Assembly: GCA_035084275.1 (NCBI GenBank)
Contig: CM068746.1
Span: 14,632,001 to 14,696,000 of the forward strand
From: Hydrolagus colliei
Lineage: Eukaryota
DNA: 64,000 nt
Direction: 5' to 3'
The notes beneath the pieces are model-generated. The model saw only the letters and a list, made by a program, of their open reading frames with translations. It was not told where the DNA came from and did not search any database. The translations under genes and the position numbers were made by a program. Shown piece by piece: positions 51,212-63,808 of the stretch (position 1 is its first letter; every line of letters begins with the position of its first letter).

Positions 51212-51395
51212 CAACTGTCCTTCCTCCCCCACATCTGGTCCCTCACCAGCACTGCCTTCTACCTTTAGACCGCGCCTTTGGTCACCTTTCTCCCCCTGCC
51301 CCTGGCTCGGTCCCGGGATCCGCTATTGTGCAGTGCTCTGAGACACCACCCGGCATGGAGGGCGCTATATAAATCAAAGTTGTTATTGTTGTTGT
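51212..51395 (+). mobile_element. L2 subfamily A, internally deleted 3' fragment
   Basis: caactgtccttcc... joined to gcctttggtcacctttctccccctgcccctggctcggtcccgggatccg plus tail. Confidence 0.85.
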
Positions 51396-52376
51396 AATTT
51401 AATTAGAGTTATTTATAAGCACAAAACACGAAATACACGAAAGCAAAAGGGGATTTTTCTCCATGTCCTTGCCATCAAACTTCTAGTTAAAATAAATCAA
51501 TCAGTTCATAGCTTTTTATGGGACATTGGTGTGTTCAAATTGGGTGCTTACAAATACACAGTGATTGCACTTTACAGTGAATCCACTTAAGTAGTTTGAG
51601 ATATGTCAGGATTATAACCCTATATCAAATGCAAGGATTATTATTATTGTTCACTAAAACTTAATGAACAGGACAGAGTAGGTCAGAACCACATTGCAGA
51701 GTCTGCTATGATCAGCGAATCAAGCAGAATAACTCCCACAGTCTGGGCCAGGGATATCCTACGTCTGAGCAAGAAATTCTTGTTTACATCCATTCAGTAT
51801 ATGGGGACATGAGCACTGACAGACCAAGCTGCTTAGTTATATCAAACATGACAGATTACAGATGGTCTGCTGCAGTTTTTACACCGAGCATCATTCTGGA
51901 CATTCTCAAGGGTGGGATCTACATACAGACAGGTTGAGAGATGGAGACTGTACTTGAGTCTGTCCAAAGTTATCTGTATCATACAAATCACAATGGACTT
52001 GATATTTTTGCAACCATCTGTGATATTGCTAAGCATGGTAGCCCTGTCAGCCCTATAACAACAACAACAAAATTACATTTATAGAGTGCCTTTCACATCG
52101 GGAGGACACTGAAAACACTAACACTATACACTGAAAGTTTATAGATGGGACCATCTTGCTAATTCCATTATACTGTATAAGCAGCCTCACAACTGTCTTT
52201 CAGTAATATTCAAGGCCAGTCATTGAGTATACATTTTACTGTATTTCAGCGCAGTTTTAAAAAGCAGTAATTTTTCTTATTTCCTTGAAAGCCTGTTTCT
52301 ATATAGTTATTCCAATGAATAACTATATTGTCTCAGTATTTTCAATGTCAAGGCATATTTCCAGCAAAGTGTCTTG

Positions 52377-52686
52377 TGGAGTTCTGTACGTCAGTGGTTA
52401 GAGCACACATTTTGCAAGCAAGAGACCTGGGTTTGAATCCTGGCAGGGGCAAAACCTTGGGCAAGTTTCTTTACTCCACACACCTGATAAGCCCCCAAAA
52501 AAGAATAATAACAAATTAATTGGTCACTCAATCCAGGACTGTTTGTGGGACACTACTGTTCACAATTAGCTGCTGTGTTTCACCCACAAATCATACAGTC
52601 AATTCAATTTACAGTACATTCTGTGAAGCGCTTTGAGACGTCCAGGAGATGTGAAATTCGCTATATCAAATGCAAGGAATATTATT
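52377..52686 (+). mobile_element. Full-length tRNA-derived SINE
   Basis: All modules present. Confidence 0.9.
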
Positions 52687-53365
52687 GTTTCTAGGTTATT
52701 TTGTGGCATACATTGTGTGCACTTATCTTAAATCAGTAAATAATTGTACCTTTGGACTATGTGTACTGTGCAAAGGGCTAAAGAAGGAGCCAATATGTGC
52801 TGATAACACACATCTCCACGAGATGTGTCACAATGTTTCCTTTGCTGACTAAGAAACATTGTAAGAAAAGACAAGATTAGTGAGGGGGTCAAGCATTATA
52901 GATCCAGACAAAATATAGTAATCACAAATCTGACACATCTCCATTGCATTTCGAATGGCCATGATACAAACCTAGAGAATATTTACACTTACTCAGAAAT
53001 GAATGCCATTTTATACATCAGTTATTAAGCATATAGAGTAACAAGGATATAGTATGTAGAAATACTATCCTGCTGCTTGGCTGTAATATTTGACAATTCA
53101 CCTTTTCCCTCCTACATTCAGAGCATCAGGAAAATAAGGGTATTGAGAATAAAGGCAGAAAACATTTGCCAAACACACTGCACAATATTAACAGTGTAAA
53201 ACATTAGGTCACTTTCACCCCTGTCCATCCCAAACAAAATTTGTCTTTTCATTTTATTTGGAATGAACTGTTTTTCACAGAAGAATGACCCTGCTACAGT
53301 GATGATAAAGTCTTTAATTATACAAGCAGTCCTGGATTGAGTGGCCAATTTTTTTTTTCTTGAGG

Positions 53366-53876
53366 CACCCGCACCCGCCTCCGCGACCACATAACCCCCA
53401 CCCTCGCCCGTCTCCACTGGCTCCCCATCCTCCAGAGGATTGAGTTTAAGATCCTCGTCCTCACCTACAAGGCCTTACACGGCCTTGCCCCATCCTACTT
53501 AACCAATCTACTCTCCCCCTACACGCCCACCCGGACCCTCCGTTCAACAGGACTTGGCCTGCTCCAAGCCCCCCGCCCGAACCGCCCCACCATCGGAGGC
53601 CGGGCCTTCAGTTTCTCCGCTCCCACCTTATGGAATGCCATCCCTCAATCCCTCCGTTTCGTCTCTTCCCTTTCCTCTTTCAAGGCCGGTTTGAAGACTT
53701 TCCTCTTCGATCGTGCCTTTTGTTCCACCCCGAACTCTTCTACATCCCCTTCGTGTTTCACCCCTTCCCAAACACTCCCCTCCCAGCTCGGGTCACACGC
53801 CTCCTGTTCAGCGCCTTGGGACGTCCTCCCGACGTGAAAGGCGCTCTATAAATGTAAATTGTTGTTGTTGTTGTTG
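53366..53876 (+). mobile_element. Young L2 subfamily B 3' fragment inserted into a minus-strand SINE (53325-53365 and 53877-53950)
   Basis: CpG-intact; ORF 53630-53851 differs from ORF 34882-35103 by 2 residues. Confidence 0.93.
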
Positions 53877-55304
53877 ATCATCAGCTGTGAGGAGTAAGGA
53901 AACTTGGCCAAGGTTTCGCCCTGCCTGGAATCAAACCCAGGTCTCTCTCTTTGCATTTTCAATTTTCAGTGGATCCGCTCAATGGAACAAAGTGTAAAGT
54001 GAATGTGTGCTACAGGCAGTAATTCTCAATATATCACAGCAACCATAACTGCTGATTTAAGTTTTCAAACTGAAAACAAATTGTTCTGTCAAGTACTGGT
54101 AATAAGATCAGTTTGTACAATATAATCAGCTTCATGCATACACCATGTAACCTTGGTTTCAAATTGTTTCTAAATATTGTTCCATTTGTTTCCTATTCCT
54201 AGAATCCAATCTCAAACATTAAATACGGTCACATAGCTCAAATGTAATGGATATCTAACATGTACAGGCCCTGATATATTTAATAAAATGTTTTGTCGCT
54301 AATGAATGGTTTGACTTGAGATAACTTCAGAATTGTGCATTGGACTCTTTATAGTCACAATTGCACTGCACTCACTTCATGTGCTTTGTTTAATCTCGCT
54401 GACGGATGTAGCTTTGACATGTCCCCAGTGTACAGCCACTGCAGGCTTTCAACATGCCAGTTCTGGTGTGTCAGCAGAGATTAATTCAGTGAATAAAGTC
54501 TCCATCAAACTTTCCACCTGAAGACCAGGAAAAAACATCTTTGTTTTCTAATTTTCTCGGTGGACCTCAAACGGTACCTGGGGGAAAACATAGAGTTTTG
54601 TGTTGTTTATTTATAGCTATGCCAAGCTTCTTTCTGCAGAAAATTCAGGCTATGCTGTACTGCATATGAAACCTGATATAGTTTTGGTTTGGGTGGCAAT
54701 CAAGGAAAGGATCTTTAATCCCAAGCATTTCAAACATTGTACCCATCACTTCACAAATCCTTTACATGAGGTTTTCTGATCAGATTTCCGTGAATTCCCT
54801 TTAGCAAAGCATCTGACTCACTCAATAATCAGAAACTCTTCACCTTCAAATCTGTAAATATTAATATTCAAATCCCAGTCAATTAAATCATTCCTCGAAT
54901 AATCAGGAGCTATTCGAAAGTCATATTTAGCTCTTCCCTTGGGTAATCTGTAGATCGTATTTATTTCAGCTATATCTATGCACATTTTAAGTTTTCCTTT
55001 CCACACCTCCACATTTCAACTTCTCATTTGTTAAATCCATAATTTAAGCCTTCAAATGTAACCGATCTCTATATATTTTAAAATATTTAAATGATTTAAA
55101 TCCTGAGCTTTTCAGTGTTTTTTTATTCAATCCTGATTTAATAGTTAGATTAACTACTGACTTGAATATACAGACCTAATAAATTCCAACTTTAATATCA
55201 AATTGCTTGGTTTAATTGAAGTCAGTTTTCAGTGTTCAGGTTCAGTGGATCCTGATTTAAAGAAGATAACGGAGTCTAATTCAAGTGTTTCTTATAATAA
55301 GATT

Positions 55305-55482
55305 TAATAATAATAATCCTTGCATTCGGTATAGCGTTTTTCACGCCTTCTAGAAGTCTCAAAGCGCTTCACAGAATATACTGTAAAGTGAATTGACTGT
55401 ATATTTGTGGGTGAAATACAGCAGCCAATTGTGCACAGCAGTGCCCCACAAACAGTCGTGGATTCAAATGACCAATTTGTTA
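55305..55482 (-). mobile_element. SINE 3' half
   Basis: Tail plus Deu-like block. Confidence 0.88.
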
Positions 55483-56037
55483 TCAGGATCAACTCTGCTC
55501 TGCAAGTGGATAACTGAGAGGATGTCCTGTGGGGTAATATGATATTGTTTCAGTTACCAGACAGAATCCACGTTCATGAAATCTTCATCTTTGTGACTAC
55601 ATTTTGCCTCGTGTGTCCCTGATGCCCTTTTTTGCAATTCAGCAATATGAAGCATTAGCTACTTTTAGATTTCACCTTTCCAAGCTAGAGATACAGAGGC
55701 ACATAGCAATGCTCTCATATATTAAGAATCAGAGTAAAGAACAAATTGAGACATTATTGAACTGTATAGTATCATTGCATTTGATGTATTAATTCACGTT
55801 ACCAGATAGAAAGAAAGAGCTTACATTTGTATAGTGCTTTATAATGTTGGCATGTCTGAACGAACTTCACAGGTAATTACTGTCAACTATTATAGCAGTC
55901 ATTTTTACCAGCAGGTTCCTAGAAATAGCCAAGAGGTGGCTGGTTAATTAATCTGGACTACTTTGCACCATTACACCGGAAGAGAATCTTCTTATATTGT
56001 GCAGTATTATGTGATTTTTTTTATCATCTACTTCAGA

Positions 56038-56166
56038 AATAATAATCCTTGCATTTGATATTGTGCCTTATCACATCAGTGAGGCGTCTCAAAGCGCTTC
56101 ACAGAATATACTGTAAAGTGAATTTGTCCATAAAATATACAGTCACTTCACTTTACGGTATACTGT
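56038..56166. mobile_element. SINE tail with fold-back inversion
   Basis: tatactgtaaagtgaa ... ttcactttacggtata inverted arms. Confidence 0.75.
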
Positions 56167-57819
56167 ATTAGTTTAACTTTCATCCAAAGGACAGTAGCTC
56201 TAACCCCTCCCCCACAATACTGGACTGAGTCACTCTAGGGGCTTAGATTATATGAGCTCATGTCACACTGTAGATCTTAAACCAGTGACCTTTTGACCAA
56301 GGAAAATGCTATCAAATGAGCTAAGATGACACCATAATTATTGACCCTGCTGACAACAATTACTGTCAGGTCCTATATACATATTCCTATATCAACCTGA
56401 TCAGTATCAGCCATTAAAATTCTTCACAGATCAATATATAAGGGTTGCGATCATCCACTTGAAAATGACACAACTTTGGAGGAGATCTATTAGATAAATA
56501 TTATACACTTAGAAATGTAGGGTAGAACTGTCAAGATTTCACAAATATGTTCAAAACACTGAAACCTGATCAAAGAGATAATATTCCAATCCACAGAACA
56601 CACAGAATGTAACATAATACAAGCTGGCAACCAGCAAACAACAATCATTTATCTGCTAATATGTTAATACACTGTTCTTTCAAAAGGAATTCGACCATTT
56701 ATCCAAACAGTATACTGTATTATGATATTGAGCTACCCAACTGCAAAAGGTTATAGGAGAAACAAAAGTGCAGCAATCAGATTAATTTGGATAACAATCA
56801 CCACTTTATCCTGTTTTTAAATGAGTTTTTTTCTTTCAATTCTTAAATCTTAAAGCCTGAAGATATTGAAGAGCAAAGATAAGCTGTTTAGTAGTTCTCC
56901 TGTTCGGCGTGTTCCACTTGATTATAACTTGAACAAGAAAGGGTTTCTAAAATGCAAGATAGCATAATTTCCTACACACAATGTTTGCAAAAAAAAATCC
57001 CTTGTGAAAAGTGATGACAGGAACAGTTTGTGAAATTGCAGAATTGACGATCGAAATATGAGGAGATGAGGACAAAGGAACACAATGAGACACATCTAAC
57101 CAGGATGTGAGGCTGAAATACATTAGTGAAAAATGTGCTGAATGTTTCATTTTGAAGAGGTGCTAAAATACAGACAATCATTTGAAAAGATGGGTGACCC
57201 TAAAAATTACATTGATTAAACTAGAACCCTACCGAGAGACAATTGATAGGATAAGAAGTGTTATTTCTATTAATTGATTTTTTTTTCCTTTGGTATTTTA
57301 TTGTATTTATTTGGCATTCTCTGGTCAATTTCAGAAGAAATGCAGAACCTGGCAGCAATTATTTTCAAGATATTTTCTCCTCTGCTTCTTATTCCGATCC
57401 TATTGACAGTCTTACAGCTTTGAAAAGATGTTTGCTTACTGTGTGCGTCAGAGGAGAGTTATCTGTAATACATAGATATTGTTAAACTTTGAAATGCTTT
57501 GCTTATTTTATGTGCCATTAACCAAAATCAAACCGCTCGAAAAACATTGTTATATCTCACTTGACATTGCTTGTTGAGCAATTTTATGTAAATGGTACTT
57601 GGAATTTGGAACCACACTCCGTTCGCATCTCCCATTCCCGTTGGTTCTAAGTAGACTTTCTGCTCTGTATGTTGCTCCTTACCTCTATTCAAGCACTGAC
57701 TGCTTCATTAGGTGACGCTGACTGAGCTGGGATTCATCCCTAGAACAGCTCTGGACGTTGATTGCATTGGAGCAGAGTTCCATATGAGTGGAGATGATTC
57801 ACTTCCAATTATTGGATTG

Positions 57820-58160
57820 ATACATTAAATTATGAGGGCAGGTTGCATAAACTTTGTCTCTATTCCCTTGAGTTTAGAAGGTTGAAGGGTGTTCTCTGAT
57901 TGAGGTTTTAAAAATAACTAAAGGGATTCAATAAGGTTGATAGAGAAACTATTTTCTCTGGTTGGCGATACAGGGGTGGGGGCAGGGACATTATCTTAAA
58001 ATTAGAGATAGGCCATTTAGGAGTGAAATCGGGAGCTAGTTTTTCCACCCAAAGAGTAATGGAAATCCCTTTAAGCCTGTGGATGCTGGATCCATTCACA
58101 TTTTGAACAATGGCGGAACAGGCTGGAGGGGCTGATTGGTCTACTCCTGTTTCTATTTTA
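57820..58160 (+). mobile_element. CR1 3' fragment
   Basis: gagtttagaaggttgaagggt...aaaattagagataggccatttaggagtgaaatc...ctactcctgtttcta. Confidence 0.8.
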
Positions 58161-59212
58161 CAGTTTATTAAGGAATAAAACACCAATTAGATGCCATGCA
58201 GGTAGGTAGGTCATTGTTAAAAATGAAAGTATTGGCCCTGATTTTTGTAACGCGAATTTTGTGCATAAATGATTTCATTCATTCATTCAGGTTTTCATTG
58301 AATTCTGTTAGACAAAATAATATGGACAAGGTTTTGCTGAACAAACCAGGCGGCAACAACAACAACAACAACAAAATTACACTTGTGTAGTGCCTTTCAC
58401 GTCACAAGGACATCCCAACATAAGGCAGTTAAGTCCTTACATTTTATACACTGTGACTAGGAATTAGGAAATGCTAAATGCTCAGAAGGCTATTAGTATA
58501 ACAACTTGTTTGCACAATTTTTATTCAAAAGAAACATTAAGTTTCATCATACTTCTTTTCCCATTAACTATATTCAATAGCTTGAAGACCGGAGAGGAGA
58601 ATGAAAGCTTTTTAAGCATATGTGACTAATTTATTATGGTCTGAATAGGTGATTTGTTCATTATCCATGCAGTGTTAAATTCTATTACTTCCTGTCGATA
58701 AAGCTCACCCAAGATGTTTGAGTTTCATAATAAGATATTTTACAAGTTGTAACATTTTCAAATACCTGTGGCTATAATTTCATTTGTGAATTAATTCTGC
58801 ACATCTTGACCTCATAACTAAAAATTTTTACTCTCATTGTACAATAGTGCTTTGGGGAGTTTTAGCATTATACAGTATTACAGTATTCAGATGGCTCGTT
58901 GGATTCCCTGCTGCACAGAATTATAGGATGTAATTATTTCTTCCCCCCCGATAGCTCTATAGCACAGCTGGTAGATGTTCTGTCTTGTCTCCTTTTATAC
59001 AAAGCACAATGGACAATTGATCGCGTGATTTATTTCAGCATCATCAACTAGCTAGAAACGATATTGCTATATAACTCAAGATGACTATTACTGTCGATAT
59101 GTAACATGTACAAGTAAACCTTTGGATTCATGTGACTTGGATGTGATTTGCATATTCAATTTCAGTCACTATTAAAATTCTTGACTTGAATTCCCTTTGC
59201 AATACTGTAGAT

Positions 59213-59601
59213 AATAATAATACTAATAATAATACTAGCATTTGATGTCGTGCCTTATCACTTTGTTGCTTCATCTCAAAGCGCATCACAAAATATACTG
59301 TAAAGAGAATTAATTGTCTATTTTGTGGGTGAAATATGGCAGCCAATTGCATACAGCATGTCCCACAAACAGTAATGGATTGAGCGAACAATTTATTATT
59401 ATTATTATTTTGAAGGAATTATTACGCCCGGAAAGTGATCTGCCAATTCACTAACACCGGACCGGGTTCCTACTTACTGCTAGGTAAACAGAGGGGTGTA
59501 GAGTAAGGAAACTTACCCAATGTTTCACCTTGCCTGGGAAGCACAGCCAGGCCTCTCACTTGCAAGGCAAGTGCTTTAAACACTGAGCTACAGGACTCCA
59601 C
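59213..59601 (-). mobile_element. Long-variant SINE (extended CORE-like segment)
   Basis: Extra about 75 nt (59425-59497) between head and Deu-like block, homologous to 42500-42565. Confidence 0.85.
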
Positions 59602-59732
59602 ATGGCTCAGTGCAAACAAATTTACCAGTTTTGCTTATCGTTAATCCTAGATTTAAAAAAAGTCATCCGCTCTATTGCTGTTTGTGGGACTCTACTGTAC
59701 ACAAATTGGCTGCTGCATACACCTAAATAATA

Positions 59733-59860
59733 CACATAGACCCCGCTTACCGAACGCCCGGTTACCGAAACTTCACTATAACGGGAGTTTGTATTTGTAC
59801 CTCTTATGCACTTAGCGAAGGCTGTGTTCGCTATAGAGAAAGTTTAAATCTTGTGCGCTT
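59733..59860 (-). mobile_element. Truncated end of the Tigger-like MITE family
   Basis: Reverse-complement match to 63678-63808; preceded by TA. Confidence 0.85.
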
Positions 59861-60127
59861 AAATTAGTAGAAGGACAACTCAAATTCAGAAGAGGGAAGG
59901 TAAACAGATGGTTCATATGTAATAACTTACTTGTTTGATCACATCCATTGTCACTTTTCCTTCCTCTTCGTCCCATTACTCAATGGCTGACGGTCTTTTT
60001 GAAGTGCCCCCAAGACATTATCCTACTTGAAGCATGCTATACAAGTGCAAATTGTTGTATTTATGCAGAATGGTAAATGTGTGGCATAGACTACCATAGG
60101 AGCTGATGAGGGCAGATTGCGCCAGAA

Positions 60128-60330
60128 AATAATAATAATCCGTACATTTGATACAGTATTTTTCACATCTCAAAGCGCTTCACAGAATATACTGTAAAGC
60201 GAATTGACTGTACATTTGTGAGCGAAACCTGGCAGCCACTTGTGCACATCTGTGTTGCACAAATAGTTGTTATTATTGAGTTTTTTCTTGCGAAATTATT
60301 ATCAAGTGTGTGGAGCAAGGAAACTTACCC
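60128..60330 (-). mobile_element. SINE lacking tRNA head
   Basis: Tail, Deu-like and CORE-like blocks. Confidence 0.8.
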
Positions 60331-60737
60331 GTAGTTTTGACATTTTTAAGACCAAAGATAACAATGTAAATCTGTCAAATACAGCACGACTGTTATAAAA
60401 AAAGCCAACAATTATTTTTAATTTATGCTCAAAGTTAATGCTTTTAAGTTATGGGGTGACTTTGCTTCAGATAATGGTTTGGGACTTAGAAGAATGAAAT
60501 ATATTGCTGCAATGCAAATTATGATTCTTTCCAAATTAGTACTTAAAAAAACATTACTGCAGTACTGTAATGTTCTGATATGGAAAAAAGTAAAAAGAAA
60601 ATCTGCAACTTCTTTTAATACGTTTCAATTATAATGTAGAAGATTTAAAGTACAGGAGTACATTTATTAGGCTCATTATATTTGCATTTGTGTTTTACAA
60701 ATTTGGATTACAAACCTGAAACCCAGCATTTCCCAGA

Positions 60738-61118
60738 TCACTGTGAAGTGGATTGACTGTATGTTTGTGGGCGACATGCAGTAGCTAATTGTGCACAACA
60801 GTGTCTCACAAACAGTGGATTGAAATAATAATATAATAATAATCCTTGCATTTGATACAACGCTTTTCACATCTTATCAACGTCTCAAAGCACTTCACAG
60901 AATACACTGTAAAATGAATTGACTGTATATTTGTGGGCGAATCGCGGCAACTAATTGTGCACAGCAATTGACCAATTTATTATTGGGGGGTTTTGAGGGA
61001 TTATTATTATTAGGCTTGGTAAGTAAGGAAACTTTGTAAGGTTCCCCCCTGACCTGCCTGGAATTGAACCCAGGTCTCTCGCTTGTAAGGCAAGTCCTCT
61101 AACCACTGAGCTACAAGA
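60738..61118 (-). mobile_element. SINE Deu fragment followed by a near-full SINE (60826-61118)
   Basis: Module motifs visible. Confidence 0.85.
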
Positions 61119-61131
61119 CGCAGTCCGGACA

Positions 61132-61762
61132 ATGTGAATGGATCCAGCCATAATCCAGAGCCTTTTGTGTGAGGAGAGAGAGTTCCAGATTCCCACTAGT
61201 CTTTGGGTGAAAAAAACGCTAAATGGCCAAACTCTAATTTTAAGATTAAACCCACTTGTTCTGGATTCTCCCACCAGAGAAAATAGTTATCAAATTTCTA
61301 TTAATTTTAAACACCTCATTCAGATCACTCCTCAACCTTCTCATCTCAAGGGAATACTAATAATAATAATCCTTGCATTGGATATAGCGCTTTTCACATC
61401 TTAGGGACTTCTCAAAGCGCTTCACAGAATATACTGTAAAGTGAATTGACTATATACCTGTGGGCAAAACATGGCAACCAATTTTGCTTTGATGAAATCA
61501 GATGCTTTGAGACATTTCGAAGAAATCCAACCCCTTGATATAAAGGCTAATATTTTGCACCTGGGAGCTTGTTTTTAGTGATTTGTGTATGTGGACACTT
61601 GAATCTCTTTACTCCTCCACAGTTTCTTATAATTTAGAAAATATTCTGTTTTGCTATTTTTAGATCCTTAATGGATGATCACCACATTCATTGAATTCCA
61701 TCTGCCACAGTTTTGCCAATTCACTTAATCTATCTAATTCCCTTTGCAACTTCCTGCTCCCA
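61132..61762 (-). mobile_element. Old CR1 fragments (61132-61357 and 61525-61762)
   Basis: ORF 60951-61274(-) GESRTSGFNLKIRVWPF...FFTQRLVGIWNSL; ttgaattccatctgccacagttttgcca. Confidence 0.8.
61358..61523. mobile_element. Double-tailed inverted SINE chimera, copy 1 (truncated)
   Basis: Minus-strand tail plus half Deu block joined to ctttgatgaaatcagatgctttgagac. Confidence 0.7.
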
Positions 61763-61764
61763 TG

Positions 61765-61975
61765 TATAATAATAAACCTTGCATTTGATATTGTGCTTTT
61801 TACATCTTTTAGACGCCTCTATGCGCTTCATTTTAGACTGTAAAGTGAATTGACTGTATATTTGTGGGAAAAACACGGCAGCCAATTTTACTTTGATGAA
61901 ATCAGATGCTTTGAGATATCTCGAAGACATGATAAGATGCTTTGTCAAATGCAACGATTAGTATTATTATTATTA
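61765..61975. mobile_element. Double-tailed inverted SINE chimera, copy 2
   Basis: Same junction, followed by a complete plus-strand tail ending (TAT)n. Confidence 0.75.
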
Positions 61976-63077
61976 CAAGGTAGCAAGGCAAAACACTTAA
62001 GTATTTACCAGATGGTTCAGCCAATTAAATTAGATCGGAACAACTGTTTTTCTAGCAAAATGAAAATTGAATTAACAATTACTGTATGAAAAATGCAACA
62101 ACAAAAAAACTTTAATACAATATAAACTATTAGTTAGTGAAATCTAAACTTAATGCAATAATTTAAAGTGAGTTTATGCAGAGATTTAAAGTAGCAGGAG
62201 ATATTTGAATTCGAGTTAATCTTAAAATACCTGTGAAACCTTATTACATATACTGAGCCAATTTGCTACATCATCTATAATCAGGGACAAGATAGATCTT
62301 CACTTAGAAAAATGTAGGCTGATAAAGGACAGCCAGCATGGATTTGTTAAAGGCAAATCTTGCCTTACAAATCTGATAGAATTTTTCAACGATGTAACAG
62401 AATGGGTGGACGAGGGCAGCGCAGTTGATGTAGTTTACATGGACTTTCAAAAGGCATTTGACAAAGTGCCGCATGAGAGACTTATTAGGAAAATAGAGGC
62501 CCACGGCGTTAAAGGGACAGTGGTAGCGTGGATCCACAACTGGCTGCGAGACAGAAAGCAGAGAGTTGTGGTGAGCGGCTGTTTTTCAGACTGGAGGGAA
62601 GTGTGCAGTGGCGACCCCCAGGGATCAGTTTTGGGACCACTGCTCTTTTTAATATATATTAATGATCTGGACTTGGGTGTAGGGAGCACAGTTTCCAAGT
62701 TTGCAGATGATACTAAGTTAGGGAGAATAGTAAATAGTGAGGAGGAGAGTAGCCATCTGCAAGAGGATATAGATAAAATGGTAAAGTGGGCAGACACATG
62801 GCAGATGAAGTTTAATACAGAGAAGTGTGAGGTGGTACACTTTGGGAGAAGAAATGAGGGGAGGCAATATAGGCTAGATAGTACAATTTTAAAGGGTGTG
62901 AAAGAACAGAGAGACCTGGGGATTTGTGTTAGTGACTCTTTGAAAGTGGCAGGACAGATAGACAAATCGGTTAAGAAGGCATATGGGATACTAGGCTTTA
63001 TAAATAGAGGGGTATAGAAAAGTCAAGGAAGTGCTGATTAACCTCTATAAGACTTTGGTTAGGCCTCAGATGGAGTA

Positions 63078-63808
63078 CAGGTATCCCCCACTTAACGACA
63101 GGGTTAGGGACTTCAAAACCCCTCGTTAAGCGGGCGGGAGGGAGGTCCCTACTGTATTTTCGTATATGAAAAAAATCGTTCCCAGTAATGCTTTGCGCCT
63201 AGCCTAGCGCCTCGTGCTAACATTTACAGTGTATCAGCGACAGCATAAGGTAGGTAGCACTGCTATTGAAGGCAGGGAGAGAGAGTTAAAGAGAAAGAGA
63301 CTGAGACAGAGAGAGACAGAGAGACTGTGAGTGAGATTGTGACAGCCAGAGACTCAAACAGAGAGAGAGCGGTACAGAAAGAGAGAGACAGAGAGAGAGA
63401 AAGAGGGAGTGCGCAACCGAGACAGACAGAGAGAGGGAAAGAGACACGGAGATAGAGACAGAGAGAGACAGAGAGACACAGAAAGAGACACAGGGGGAGA
63501 CTGAGAGAGAGAGAGAGACTGAGAAAGAGAGAGACAGAGACAAGGATAGACAGACAGACAGAGCATCCTACCGCTTAAGCTCCTCACATACTTTAGCGCT
63601 TTCTCTTGGATTAGGTGGCGCTGCAGTAAGTGTGTGTATGTATGTGTGCTTGTGTCGCGGAGGCTGCCGGGAGACAAGAAGCGCGCGAGATTTAAACTTT
63701 CGTTATAGCGAGCGCAGCCTTCGCTAAGCACATAGGGGGGGTACAAATAGAAACTCTCATTATAGTGAAGTTTCGTTAACAGGGCGCTCGGTAAGCGGAG
63801 GCTACCTG
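63078..63808. mobile_element. Tigger/pogo-like (Tc1/mariner superfamily) non-autonomous element
   Basis: TA TSD 63076-63077 / 63809-63810; imperfect TIRs CAGGTATCCCCCACTTAACGA and CAGGTAGCCTCCGCTTACCGA; CR1 rejoins seamlessly on removal. Confidence 0.9.
63275..63563 (+). repeat. Degenerate (GA)n/(GACA)n microsatellite inside the MITE
   Basis: Directly visible. Confidence 0.95.

Noticed and set aside
57258-57485. ORF or exon after the acceptor-like tttcAG near 57333
   Set aside because: No good donor and no recognisable peptide; insufficient support
62406-63017. Intact reverse transcriptase gene or retron-like system
   Set aside because: 5'-truncated CR1 ORF2 with a frameshift/stop near 63015 and a MITE insertion; eukaryotic context
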